Shown here: positions 39,689 through 49,996 of the stretch, in pieces
How the letters are laid out: the number at the start of each line of letters is the position of its first letter
How positions within the stretch are numbered: position 1 is the first letter of the stretch
DNA from: a virus
Virus record (IMG/VR): IMGVR_UViG_3300021425_000006
DNA length: 64,000 nt
Direction: 5' to 3' (one strand)
Program-made: the position numbers and the translations under genes
The notes under the pieces: generated by a model
The model's database searches: none
What the model was told of the DNA's origin: nothing
What the model saw: the letters and a program-made list of their open reading frames with translations, nothing else

Positions 39689-42163
39689 TTATTGTGGACC
39701 TGAAATTGGCTGATCTACACCCTTTCCTGCTTCAATGTTTGTTCCTGCTGGTTCTGTAGTTAATGATGCTTTTGGTGTAAGTTCACCGTTAACTAGTTTA
39801 CTGTAAAACCCTTTACCTATGCCAATACGTCTACTTGTTTCTGCACCACCTTGATTAGCATACCCAACTGCTTTTCTAAATGATTCTCCTAAAGCAGAAA
39901 AACTAGATTCAGCTGGGCTAATACCCTTACTTGCAATATAAGCGACAGCAATTTTAGTTGCAAAAATTGGGTCATTAACTAAGTCAGGATTTTCTACAAT
40001 CTCAGGAGTACCTGCTTTTGCACCGTATGTTTCGTAGTTTCCTTTAAAAGTTAACTGTATTAAACCTCGACCTCTATATTTGTAGCCTTCGTCTTGTGCA
40101 TTTCCATAACGTCCACCATATAATGTATTACCTATTGCGGCTGGACCTGCATTTGCAAGTTCTTGAGCAAACGCATCAGTTTTAACACGACTTGGATATA
40201 CTTGACGCAGACGTCTAGCACTGTAGTTTAAATTTTCGCTTCGTGGTTTAAATCCGCATTCTGCTTGAGGTTGTGCCATAGCCATTGCAAGATATTCTGC
40301 ATTTCCTGCTGTTACCCCTTCAGGATTATTGTCTGGGTTTGCACTATTCAAACATGTAGCAGGATCAAGCCCAAGTTTTGTTATTAATTCATTTAAGAAA
40401 AATTGCTGAAGATCAGTTACTGGTACAGGTTTAGCAGGTTGATCTCCAATTGGTCCTACTTCTCCTGGAACAACTGTTTGTGCGCCATCAACGTTTGCTC
40501 GTTGTCTGTATTCGCCGCTTACTGGTTGTTCATCTCTCGCATCGTTAACTAACGGAGTTGTTTCTCTTAATGTAGGACTTGGTGAAGTTATTGGATTAGT
40601 TTTACTTGGAGTAAAGACTAGTGGATCTAAACTTTCATGACCTAACCATGGTTCGTGTTGTGGAACTCTAACAGGGAATAAAGCAGGTGCTGCTACTAAT
40701 GCTTGAGACGCTTCTGTTGCTTCTGCCGCAGAAGTTGCTTCTGGGCCACCGTTAGTTTGACCATTCATGTGTATTTCTGTCGCTGTCTCAACATGATTGC
40801 CACCACTTAATATTTGTGTGTCGCCTTCGGCTGTAAAATAATTGTATCCCGGTGTATTAAGATCTAAGTTTGCTTGTTTATCTTTTCTATCACCCACAGT
40901 AAGAATATCAAGTGTTGCCTTACTTGTTATAGAATGAGCGTCAGTAACAATTAAGTCTCCTGATCCACCAACAAATAATTTTTGATTTGCACCAACAAAC
41001 TGATCTAAATCTGCACCAACATCAATTTTACTGTTAACTCCAATTTTTACATCACTGTTTACAGCCGCTGTCATTTTATAATCTCTACCAGCATTTATAT
41101 TAACATCTCTACTTGCTGACATGTTGATATCTCTATCTGCACTTATGTTTAAATCAACTGAAGTTCTAATAGATATACTATCGTCTGCAAAAATATCAAT
41201 TTTACCATTGGACGACATTTCAATCCACGAACTTCCTCTAGCATTACCTATGTAAATTAAATCTTCTGAATTGTGTAATAGTATTTGATGGCCTGTTCTT
41301 GTACGAAGTCTTACAGACTCATTAAATGGTATTGTGGGCAATCCGTCTGTTTCGTCTTGTAAAACATCAGCATATTGCGAAGGGCCTTGCCCTGCAAAAC
41401 TTTTTCTTAAAAGTTTGTCGTCGCCATCATCAAACACCAATGATGTTCCGCCTAGTCTTGCTGAATGAATATTATCTCTTGCACCATGTAATCCTTGTGG
41501 TGATTTAGGTGCGCCATCTCTTTTATCTAATGGACCTGGAGTTGATATACCAAATACCATACTAGGAACTTCACGCCTAGCACTTGCACTTGATATGCCT
41601 CGTATTTCATCACGGAGTAATCCTTGAGCTCCAAGGGTTATTTCAAAGTCTTTATTAACAGGCTTTAAATATGTGCTAGGAACATTACCTGATACTACGC
41701 CAGGAACGGCTTTATTAAATTCACCAACTGGAAGTTTTTGATTAATGTCTTCGTTGTTAAATTTTGATCCTGGTCTAGATTCAGGAAGTGTAAAGTTCAT
41801 ATACATGTCTTGTACGCAACCTATCCAATAACCGTTACTGATATTGCCTTCAACAAATATTACTATAACTTTAGTACCAACATCGGGAGGTACAGCCCAA
41901 AATCCAGATACTTGTTGTGTGTTTTGATATGTATCGTTTTTGTTATTTCCGTTAAGAGGAGTACTATTATAAAAAGGTGACATATACGAAACTGTAACAA
42001 CTTGACCTGTACGCTCTGGCTGGTTACCAGAAGAAGAATTTTTTAATAGTTCAACTTGTAATGATCCCATAAATTTAGTATCAAGATGACTTACAACAAT
42101 CGCTTCATAAGGACCTGGGTTAATAGGTGCCTTAGGGAATACTGACCTTCTTTCTTGTGCCAT
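39689..42163 (-). CDS. gp5: Baseplate hub/needle gp5-like protein with C-terminal GH19 (chitinase/lysozyme-like) domain
   Basis: OB-fold PPDVGTKVIVIF..G...YWIG; RTRTGHQI; beta-helix repeats; ENLNYS...YRGRGLIQLTFKGNY...NPDLV. Confidence 0.8.
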   Translation of the reverse strand: MAQERRSVFPKAPINPGPYEAIVVSHLDTKFMGSLQVELLKNSSSGNQPERTGQVVTVSYMSPFYNSTPLNGNNKNDTYQNTQQVSGFWAVPPDVGTKVIVIFVEGNISNGYWIGCVQDMYMNFTLPESRPGSKFNNEDINQKLPVGEFNKAVPGVVSGNVPSTYLKPVNKDFEITLGAQGLLRDEIRGISSASARREVPSMVFGISTPGPLDKRDGAPKSPQGLHGARDNIHSARLGGTSLVFDDGDDKLLRKSFAGQGPSQYADVLQDETDGLPTIPFNESVRLRTRTGHQILLHNSEDLIYIGNARGSSWIEMSSNGKIDIFADDSISIRTSVDLNISADRDINMSASRDVNINAGRDYKMTAAVNSDVKIGVNSKIDVGADLDQFVGANQKLFVGGSGDLIVTDAHSITSKATLDILTVGDRKDKQANLDLNTPGYNYFTAEGDTQILSGGNHVETATEIHMNGQTNGGPEATSAAEATEASQALVAAPALFPVRVPQHEPWLGHESLDPLVFTPSKTNPITSPSPTLRETTPLVNDARDEQPVSGEYRQRANVDGAQTVVPGEVGPIGDQPAKPVPVTDLQQFFLNELITKLGLDPATCLNSANPDNNPEGVTAGNAEYLAMAMAQPQAECGFKPRSENLNYSARRLRQVYPSRVKTDAFAQELANAGPAAIGNTLYGGRYGNAQDEGYKYRGRGLIQLTFKGNYETYGAKAGTPEIVENPDLVNDPIFATKIAVAYIASKGISPAESSFSALGESFRKAVGYANQGGAETSRRIGIGKGFYSKLVNGELTPKASLTTEPAGTNIEAGKGVDQPISGPQ

Positions 42164-44454
42164 TATGCTCTTGCTCCTATGTAACCAGAACCTTCGTTAT
42201 TTTGCGAAGTACTAGCATCACCCTCTTTAATAACTGTTTCAGTGTTTGGTGCTACTGTTTCATTAGTGTCGCTTTCTTGATTAAGCACTCTGATAGCTCT
42301 TATATTTTGTTTAAATTGTCCTGCTGCAATGGTATTTTCTACTTGTAATACTCTGTATAGCCCACTAAATGCTTTTACTGGTTGTGTATCTCCAGGAAAC
42401 TCCATGCCGCCATCATCTTTGTAATCAATTGGCGTTCTAAAATTTAAATTCATCAAAACTTCGTTTTGTTCATGTGACGGCGTATTATCAATAGTAAGAG
42501 ATTTTTTAAATAGTGGATTTGGTAATGCAGAATAATTGCCTTGGCCGCTGTCTGCCATAAAGAACGGATCTCCCATTATTTCTAATTCAATAGTTAGCAA
42601 GTCTACATCTGAATTTACTAGTGCTTCGTGAAAGTCTCTTGCAATTCTAACTGCGGTAGTATTTGTTCCTCTGCCGCCGCCGGAATATCCGCTGTCTTTA
42701 GCATCTGATTGTAACGACTGTGACGACCCACTATCGCTTTTTACTCCAGCAACACCGTCTGCTGTTTTAACTTTTACAGATTCGTTTGGTTTTGCGGAAT
42801 CTACAGCATTTAGTTTTTCAGCTGACGAACCTTCTGCAATGTCTGCCGATATTGATTTATAGTAAGCATTGTCAAGTTTAATTTCAAAATTTAATATGTC
42901 TTTATTTAGACCAGTGTAAATGTAGTTGTATTCTTTAACAGCTCTTTTAGCCCTTGCTTTAACTCCTGTTGCTGGTGCATTAGGTGCTTTAAATATCGAT
43001 GCATCTACAAAATAAGGATATACTCTATAAACATAAAGTTTAGGATGTTCGCCAGTTGCTGTTGCTGCTTCTTTATCTTCGTTTAAGAAAACTTGTGTAT
43101 CAATTCTAAACCAAGGTATTTCGCCATCTGATCCTTCTTTAGCAAATTCGGCTATTGCTTTTCCGTAATCACTTACTAGTATAAGTTCTTCTATTATTCT
43201 TTCAATAGACGTACCTTTAGCAAATGTAAATGTTTTAAAGTCGTTACTAATTGATAACTTATCGCTTCTGTATACTTTTTTGTCTTTGTCATATGTAAAC
43301 TTAGACAACCCAAAAGGAACATCGCCTTGGTCAATAAAACTTCCTGTTATTTTTGATGTGCCAATCATGTTAGCATTATCAATAGATTCTGATTGTTTTT
43401 TAACGGCTTCTTCAGTTGCTGTTTGTTTTTTACCAGCTGATAAAGCTAAAATTTTATTCCTAAATTCTGAAAAGTTTTCTGGTGCTTTGTCATCAGTGCC
43501 ACTAACACTTTCATATAGTCGTTGCATATATTCATCTTCAGTTACTGGTGCTCCGGCTTCGGATGTTAACTGTGCCAATGAAGCAAGCTCTTTTGGAAAT
43601 AAAAATACATACTGATCTGGTGATTTGATTTGTTTTTTATCTTCTTGATCTAACAATCTTTCGTTAAGCACTGTTGACAAACTTTGACCACCTGTTTGTA
43701 ATAATGTTAACATGTTATCACCTGTTAAAACTGTATCTGTTTTAACTGTTTGTATTTCATCTGTTAGTGCAGTTTCGTTCCAGGCTACAGCTCTAACAGC
43801 ATAGTGGCTGCCTCCTTGGTCAACTGTTAGTGACGAATTAATTAGTTTAATTGGAAAATGTCTTATTTCGTTAGTAGGAATAACTTGACCGTCATCGTTA
43901 TATCCTACAAATCTAATGCTTAATAAAAAAGGAGCTCTATTGTATGCAGAATCGTCACCGTTTGCATCTTTAACTGCTTTCTGTAATGTTTGATAAAACA
44001 ACCCCATACTATAAGGTTCAGTTACTTCAAATGATATTGAAGTAGCATTAGTAGTTCGTGTTCGTGATGTAGGCATAATGATTGTTTTGATTTCAACATT
44101 ATCAATAAAGTATTCTAATTGTTTGTTTGCACTTTCGTATGCAGTTAAGGCTTTCTTTGCTCCGGCGCCACCACCGGATTGTAATACAATTGAAGATCCA
44201 GAGCCAGTCAGCCTATAAGTTGCGTCAGGATTATTAACTTCAAACGGACTAAGTGCTGATAATGTAATAATAGTGTTTGAACTAGCAAATTTTTCTAATG
44301 TATTAGGTAATGGTAAATCGCCAAGTAAAGTTTTAAAAAAGTCTTCGGCAGATTGACTACTGCTTTCGTTGCTTTCTTGAGTTGGCTTTTCTGTCTTTTC
44401 CTCTGCGGGAGGTGTTCCACTGCTAACTTCTATGTTTCCGCCATTGTCAGCCAA
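42163..44454 (-). CDS. Baseplate hub protein (gp27/gpD-like, tentative)
   Basis: Directly upstream of gp5; C-terminal LEIMGDP...FSGLYRVLQVENTI..GQFKQ. Confidence 0.55.
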   Translation of the reverse strand: MADNGGNIEVSSGTPPAEEKTEKPTQESNESSSQSAEDFFKTLLGDLPLPNTLEKFASSNTIITLSALSPFEVNNPDATYRLTGSGSSIVLQSGGGAGAKKALTAYESANKQLEYFIDNVEIKTIIMPTSRTRTTNATSISFEVTEPYSMGLFYQTLQKAVKDANGDDSAYNRAPFLLSIRFVGYNDDGQVIPTNEIRHFPIKLINSSLTVDQGGSHYAVRAVAWNETALTDEIQTVKTDTVLTGDNMLTLLQTGGQSLSTVLNERLLDQEDKKQIKSPDQYVFLFPKELASLAQLTSEAGAPVTEDEYMQRLYESVSGTDDKAPENFSEFRNKILALSAGKKQTATEEAVKKQSESIDNANMIGTSKITGSFIDQGDVPFGLSKFTYDKDKKVYRSDKLSISNDFKTFTFAKGTSIERIIEELILVSDYGKAIAEFAKEGSDGEIPWFRIDTQVFLNEDKEAATATGEHPKLYVYRVYPYFVDASIFKAPNAPATGVKARAKRAVKEYNYIYTGLNKDILNFEIKLDNAYYKSISADIAEGSSAEKLNAVDSAKPNESVKVKTADGVAGVKSDSGSSQSLQSDAKDSGYSGGGRGTNTTAVRIARDFHEALVNSDVDLLTIELEIMGDPFFMADSGQGNYSALPNPLFKKSLTIDNTPSHEQNEVLMNLNFRTPIDYKDDGGMEFPGDTQPVKAFSGLYRVLQVENTIAAGQFKQNIRAIRVLNQESDTNETVAPNTETVIKEGDASTSQNNEGSGYIGARA

Positions 44455-44455
44455 T

Positions 44456-44758
44456 TTATACTCCTAAAAGTCGTTTTAATTTAGAATCCTGCGGAAGATA
44501 TATTTCTGTGCCTGCAATCATATCATAAATTGGATCTTTAATTACATCCATATTACGTTGTGCAAATACCCACCATAGTTTACTGTCTCCGTATACATCA
44601 TATGCTAATAGATCTGGCCTATGTGTATATTGTGGTTGTATAGTATATAATACATCATCAGACTCTTTTGGAACAGGTCTGATTTTTAAAAGTCCTAGAT
44701 ATTCCTCGCCTTCAATTTTAGTATTGTGCCAAGGACTGCTTGTTGTGTAAGTTGCCAT
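44456..44758 (-). CDS. gp53: Baseplate wedge gp53-like (LysM-like) protein
   Basis: RPDLLAYDVYGDSKLWWVFAQRN. Confidence 0.7.
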   Translation of the reverse strand: MATYTTSSPWHNTKIEGEEYLGLLKIRPVPKESDDVLYTIQPQYTHRPDLLAYDVYGDSKLWWVFAQRNMDVIKDPIYDMIAGTEIYLPQDSKLKRLLGV

Positions 44759-45555
44759 TAAATATACCCGCTATCGTTTCCAATATATCCGCCATTGATA
44801 AATGACTTCATACTAAATTGTTGTGTTTTGCTACGTGAGTAAATTGGTGATAATGTAATTGCTACCTGACTTTGTGTTGGTACAAAAGAATAAGTTTCAT
44901 TACCTTCTGGAAAATCTGTTTTTAAATAATCAACATCAGCAGGCATATCAACTGTAAAGTTTTTAATAATACATGAAACATTGTTAAACACAAAATCACC
45001 GTAACCATTTAGTTTAACAACGGGTGGTGGATTACCTGCATTATCTCCTGCTCCATAAAACATTTTAGTTACAGTTCTTAGATAATGTACAGCGGCACAC
45101 CAGTAACGTGCTTCTTGTGCATTTTGTACAAAAAAGTCACCTGTGATAACCATGTCATCCACTTGTGATGCTTGATAGTTATAAAACGGATAATTAGTAT
45201 GTATAGGCTGCAATGCATTATAGTTTGCACTATGACTCATTAGTATTGTAGGAGTAAAAGGAAAACATAAGCCTCCAGTTTTCTTTAAAGGAGCAAAAGC
45301 ATCACTATCTATGATCGACGGAATACTTAATTTGACACGCCAATCGTTACCTTCATCTTCTTTAATACTCGCTGTTGCAAACTCAGCTTTTAACGGATCA
45401 CTACTAGGTCCTTTACGTAATAACTTTCCAAGACCCGTTGAATCGGCAATATCCTCGAGGGCGCCTTTACCAGCGTCAACGAGCGAGTTTCCTGTTTTGG
45501 ATAAGTCTTTAACAAAACTTGATCCGGCTTTTTGTAAATGTGAGCCAATCGACAT
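44758..45555 (-). CDS. Tail tube initiator / baseplate protein (gp48/gp54-like)
   Basis: FPFTP..., GNPPPVVKLNGYG motif; first gene of baseplate operon. Confidence 0.55.
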   Translation of the reverse strand: MSIGSHLQKAGSSFVKDLSKTGNSLVDAGKGALEDIADSTGLGKLLRKGPSSDPLKAEFATASIKEDEGNDWRVKLSIPSIIDSDAFAPLKKTGGLCFPFTPTILMSHSANYNALQPIHTNYPFYNYQASQVDDMVITGDFFVQNAQEARYWCAAVHYLRTVTKMFYGAGDNAGNPPPVVKLNGYGDFVFNNVSCIIKNFTVDMPADVDYLKTDFPEGNETYSFVPTQSQVAITLSPIYSRSKTQQFSMKSFINGGYIGNDSGYI

Positions 45556-45574
45556 ATTACTCTCCTATATAAAG

Positions 45575-45610
45575 TATTTAGTTGACTTTATTAACAGAGT
45601 AGTTTATAAT
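45575..45610. promoter_or_regulatory. Back-to-back promoters: late TAAATA (minus) and sigma70 (plus)
   Basis: TATTTA 45575-45580; TTGACT 45582-45587 - 17 nt - TATAAT 45605-45610. Confidence 0.75.
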
Positions 45611-45633
45611 AGATACTAACAACTGGAGAAATC

Positions 45634-46464
45634 ATGAGAAAAGTAAATTACTTAAACAATAAAGATATTTTAAAAGAAATACACAAGTCTAAATCAAAAT
45701 TTAGCAGTTTTACCGATGATTCATACGCTCAATACGACATTATACTTCCGTCTATTGAAAAAATTAACATTAGAACTATTGCTGAAGCAAAACGCAATAA
45801 AGCCAAGCGATTGCAAGTAGAAGCATTTGATGCTGCTAAGTTAGCAGGTATAAAGTGTAAACAAGCAGAGTTCGAGGTTGACTATAGAAAAATTACCAAA
45901 TATGAGCTAATTTTTAGAATTATGACTTTTGACCATATACCAGAAGAGTTAGGTCGAAAGAAGAATCCAAAAACTATTGCTGATACTAAAGTAAAACTAA
46001 ACTTTCCTCCGTATGTTCATTACAAGTTTAACGACAAAGATGAACTAGAAATGGTAGGAAAAAGCCATTGGGTTGGCGGTATGAGTAACGGATACTTTTC
46101 TAAAGATCATACTCAAGTTACAGAAAAACTTGCTCGCATGTGGATGAAACTTGTAGACCGCTATGCTACTAGAGGTAATGTAAGAGGATACACATACAAC
46201 GACGAAATGAAAGGGCAAGCAATATTACAATTATCACAGATAGGACTACAATTCGATGAATCTAAAAGTAATAATCCTTTTGCTTACTATACCGCTGCTG
46301 TTACTAATTCATTTGTACGTGTCATTAATATCGAAAAGCGTAACCAAAATATTAGAGATGATATTTTAGAAATGAACAACATGAATCCTAGTTATACAAG
46401 ACAACACGCAGGCGACTGGGAAGCACAGCAAAAAAGAGAAATGGAAAAAAATCAAGCCAAATAA
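45634..46464 (+). CDS. gp55: Late-transcription sigma factor
   Basis: NYLNNKDIL, N.RGYTY.DEM, FD..KS.NPFAYYT....NSF.R.I..EK; upstream of gp47/gp46. Confidence 0.85.
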   Translation: MRKVNYLNNKDILKEIHKSKSKFSSFTDDSYAQYDIILPSIEKINIRTIAEAKRNKAKRLQVEAFDAAKLAGIKCKQAEFEVDYRKITKYELIFRIMTFDHIPEELGRKKNPKTIADTKVKLNFPPYVHYKFNDKDELEMVGKSHWVGGMSNGYFSKDHTQVTEKLARMWMKLVDRYATRGNVRGYTYNDEMKGQAILQLSQIGLQFDESKSNNPFAYYTAAVTNSFVRVINIEKRNQNIRDDILEMNNMNPSYTRQHAGDWEAQQKREMEKNQAK

Positions 46465-46468
46465 GGGC

Positions 46469-46497
46469 TTGACATTCCTCTACATTTACGCTATAAT
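46469..46497 (+). promoter_or_regulatory. Sigma70-type promoter for gp47-gp46
   Basis: TTGACA - 17 nt - TATAAT. Confidence 0.85.
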
Positions 46498-46523
46498 ATT
46501 AACTAAGATTAAAGGACTTTATT

Positions 46524-47534
46524 TTGTTTAAAAAAGCTGCTGTCTTTACAGACATACATTTTGGACTAAAAGGTAACAGTCGCACTCATAACGATGATTG
46601 TGAGGCGTTTGTTGACTGGTACATAGAAACTGCAAAAGAAAACGGATGTGAAACCGGTATCTTCTGCGGAGACTGGCACCATAATAGAAATAGTCTAAAC
46701 TTAACAACTATGGATTCGACTATCCGTAGCATGGAAAAACTTGGAAAAGCATTTGACCAATTTATCTTTTTTGACGGTAATCACGATTTGTATTACAAAG
46801 ATAAAAGAAATGTTAATTCTACTGCCTTTGCAAAACACATTCCTGGTATAACATTTATCGATGAATTTACAGTAATTGAAGATGTTGCTATTGTGCCGTG
46901 GCTTGTTGGCGACGAATGGAAAAAAATACAAAAGTGTGATGCAAAGTATATGTTTGGCCATTTTGAATTGCCAAGTTTCTATATGAATGCTCTTGTAAAA
47001 ATGCCCGACCATGGCGATTTACGTCCTGAGCATTTTAAAAATCAAGAATATGTGTTTAGTGGACACTTCCACAAAAGACAACAACAAGGCAAAATACATT
47101 ACATTGGTAATGCTTTTCCTCACAACTATGCTGATGCATGGGATGACGATAGAGGAATGATGATACTAGACAGAGAGAACAATAAAGAGCCCGAATTTAT
47201 TAATTGGCCTGATTGTCCAAAGTATCGTACAGTAAAACTAAGTCAATTACTTGACCCTGATGCAGATATTATTAAAAGTAAAATGTATCTAAGGGTTACT
47301 ATAGATGTTCCTATCAGTTATGAAGAAGCAAGTTTTATAAAAGAAACATTTATTAATCAACACGGATGTAGAGAAATTAGTTTAATAACACAACAACAAA
47401 TCGAAGAAATATCTACTGAGCTTGATATACAACAGTTCGAAAGCGTAGATCAAATTGTTGCTGGAGAAATCTCTGCACTTGATACAGAAAACTTTAACAA
47501 GAAAACGCTATTGGATATCTATAACGAGCTATGA
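46524..47534 (+). CDS. gp47: Recombination endonuclease subunit (Mre11/SbcD-like)
   Basis: DIHFG, GDWHH, GNHD, GHFE, SGHFH phosphoesterase motifs; TTG start. Confidence 0.92.
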   Translation: MFKKAAVFTDIHFGLKGNSRTHNDDCEAFVDWYIETAKENGCETGIFCGDWHHNRNSLNLTTMDSTIRSMEKLGKAFDQFIFFDGNHDLYYKDKRNVNSTAFAKHIPGITFIDEFTVIEDVAIVPWLVGDEWKKIQKCDAKYMFGHFELPSFYMNALVKMPDHGDLRPEHFKNQEYVFSGHFHKRQQQGKIHYIGNAFPHNYADAWDDDRGMMILDRENNKEPEFINWPDCPKYRTVKLSQLLDPDADIIKSKMYLRVTIDVPISYEEASFIKETFINQHGCREISLITQQQIEEISTELDIQQFESVDQIVAGEISALDTENFNKKTLLDIYNEL

Positions 47535-49306
47535 TAAAACTTAAAGATTTAACCGTCAAGAACTTTATGAGTGTGGGCAATCAGACCCAGGCCGTAGACT
47601 TTAATAAAGAACAACTTACCTTAGTGCTAGGAGAAAACTTAGACCAAGGCGGCGACGACAGTGGTAGTCGTAATGGTACTGGTAAAACTACTATCATCAA
47701 TGCATTAAGTTATGCATTGTATGGTGTAGCGTTAACAAATATTAAACGTAACAATCTAATTAATAAAACAAACTCTAAGGGTATGTTAGTTACGTTACAC
47801 TTTGAAAAAAATAATGTTGACTACAGGATAGAACGTGGTCGTAGTCCTAACGTTTTAAAGTTCTATATTAATAATCAAGAACAAGAGGCTATCGACGAAT
47901 CACAAGGTGATAGTAGACAAACACAAAAAGACATTGATGCCTTGTTAGATATGAGTCACGATATGTTTAAGCATATTGTTGCACTTAATACGTATACAGA
48001 ACCATTCTTAGCAATGCGACAAAACGATCAACGTGCTATTATTGAACAACTATTAGGTATTACGTTGCTATCTGAAAAAGCAGATCGCCTTAAAGACGAA
48101 ACTAAAAAAACACGTGATGCTATTGCAGAAGAAACAATGCGTATTAATGCAATACAGTCTGCTAACGAAAAAATTGAAGAAACAATTAGTAGTTTACAAA
48201 GTAAGCAAAAAGCATGGCTTAGTAAACGTACTACCGACGTTGTTAAGTTAAAAGAAGGAATCGACGAATTAGAGCATTTAGATATTGATAAAGAGCTCGA
48301 AAGTCACGAAAAATTACAAAATTGGACTGAGCATAATAACTCTATTTTGGCTCTTAAAAAAGAATTAAGCACACTGGAACCTGCATTAGTACGTGCTAAC
48401 AGAGCTGTAGAAAAAGCAAAACAAGATGCAGATGACTTAGCTGATGGTACATGCCATTCTTGCGGTCAAGATCTTCCTGCTGATAAAAAAGCAGAGATTG
48501 CAGAGCGTAAAAATAAAGAGCTTGAAGATGCTGTGTCTTATGCACAGGAAATTAATACAAAATGTAGTGAAGTTATGTCTGCACTTGATAAAATAGGCGA
48601 CATTAACGGAAAGCCTACAACGTTCTACGAAACAGCAAAAGAAGCATATGATCATAGACAGAATGTTAATGCTTTAAAGAAGGCGTGGGAATCAAGAAAA
48701 GATGAAGACGATCCATATCAATCTCAAATTGATGATCTTAGTAACACAGCAATTCAAAAAATTGATTGGACGCCTGTGAACGATCTTACTGATTTTAAAG
48801 ACCATCAAGAATTCTTGTTGAAACTATTAACAAACAAAGATAGTTTTATTCGTAAAAAGATTATTGATCAAAATCTTGCATATCTTAACAATAGGTTAAC
48901 ATATTATTTAGATAAACTAGGACTTCCGCATTTAGTAGTATTCCAAAACGATCTAAGTGTAGAAATTACGCAACTCGGACAGGATTTAGACTTTGATAAC
49001 TTGTCAAGAGGTGAACGTAATAGACTAATACTAGGCATGAGCTTTGCATTCCGTGATGTTTGGGAAAGCCTATATCAAAAAATTAATTTAATGTTTATTG
49101 ACGAGCTTATTGATAGTGGTATGGATACAGCAGGAGTTGAAGGATCTTTGGCTGTTCTTAAAAAGATGGGACGTGAAGGTGATAAGAATGTATTTTTAAT
49201 TTCACACAAAGACGAATTAATTGGTAGAGTTAGCAACGTATTAAAAGTTGTAAAAGAAAACGGTTATACCAGTTATGAAAATGATATCGAAGTTTATGAA
49301 GAATGA
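47531..49306 (+). CDS. gp46: Recombination ATPase subunit (Rad50/SbcC-like)
   Basis: NGTGKTT, CHSC zinc hook, LSRGE signature, FIDE, ISH. Confidence 0.92.
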   Translation: MIKLKDLTVKNFMSVGNQTQAVDFNKEQLTLVLGENLDQGGDDSGSRNGTGKTTIINALSYALYGVALTNIKRNNLINKTNSKGMLVTLHFEKNNVDYRIERGRSPNVLKFYINNQEQEAIDESQGDSRQTQKDIDALLDMSHDMFKHIVALNTYTEPFLAMRQNDQRAIIEQLLGITLLSEKADRLKDETKKTRDAIAEETMRINAIQSANEKIEETISSLQSKQKAWLSKRTTDVVKLKEGIDELEHLDIDKELESHEKLQNWTEHNNSILALKKELSTLEPALVRANRAVEKAKQDADDLADGTCHSCGQDLPADKKAEIAERKNKELEDAVSYAQEINTKCSEVMSALDKIGDINGKPTTFYETAKEAYDHRQNVNALKKAWESRKDEDDPYQSQIDDLSNTAIQKIDWTPVNDLTDFKDHQEFLLKLLTNKDSFIRKKIIDQNLAYLNNRLTYYLDKLGLPHLVVFQNDLSVEITQLGQDLDFDNLSRGERNRLILGMSFAFRDVWESLYQKINLMFIDELIDSGMDTAGVEGSLAVLKKMGREGDKNVFLISHKDELIGRVSNVLKVVKENGYTSYENDIEVYEE

Positions 49307-49521
49307 TTGAAGACGACACACATGACCGACTAACTAAGATGTATCTTGAATACTTTAAGGAAAACGAGAAGTTTGAGTCAAGAAATTCAGTTAGAACGCA
49401 CCAATCAGCAAGACGCTGTTTAAGAGAAATTAGACGTCTTGCAAAAATTCGCATGGACGAAATACACACCATGCACTTGGATAAAAAACTAAAGAACCAA
49501 AACGACGAAGGCACAAATTAA
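49303..49521 (+). CDS. Small basic helical protein
   Basis: ATGA overlap; Arg-rich helix SARRCLREIRRLAK. Confidence 0.7.
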   Translation: MIEDDTHDRLTKMYLEYFKENEKFESRNSVRTHQSARRCLREIRRLAKIRMDEIHTMHLDKKLKNQNDEGTN

Positions 49522-49540
49522 GGCTACGGTAAGTAAGTTC

Positions 49541-49996
49541 ATGCAGTGGACTTATGAAGGCAAAACAATAGACAAAATACCAGACGAGTATGAAGGATTT
49601 GTATATCTCATAACAAACACTACTACCGGGCAAAAATACGTAGGCAAAAAACTAGCAAAATTTAAAACTACAAAACCACCGCTAAAAGGCAAAAAGAATA
49701 AAAGACGTGGAACAAAAGAAAGCGACTGGCGTGACTACTGGGGTAGCTCAGATAGATTAAATGCAGATGTTGCAAAATTAGGCCCGGACAAATTCACACG
49801 AGAAATACTATACCTATGCAAAGGCAGGGGCGAAATGTCCTACATAGAGGCGAGAGAACAGTTTGATAGGCGAGTACTTGAAACAGATGATTACTATAAC
49901 GGTATTATTAATGTAAGAGTAGGCGGATCTGACAAACTAAAGCAGGCATTGCTAGAACAAAACATCAAGGCAAAACAATCCAACACAAAAGGTTAG
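49541..49996 (+). CDS. Short GIY-YIG family nuclease
   Basis: GFVYLITNTTTGQKYVGKK, YWGSS, FTREIL, conserved E and YYN; TAAGTA-N5-ATG late-type start. Confidence 0.8.
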   Translation: MQWTYEGKTIDKIPDEYEGFVYLITNTTTGQKYVGKKLAKFKTTKPPLKGKKNKRRGTKESDWRDYWGSSDRLNADVAKLGPDKFTREILYLCKGRGEMSYIEAREQFDRRVLETDDYYNGIINVRVGGSDKLKQALLEQNIKAKQSNTKG

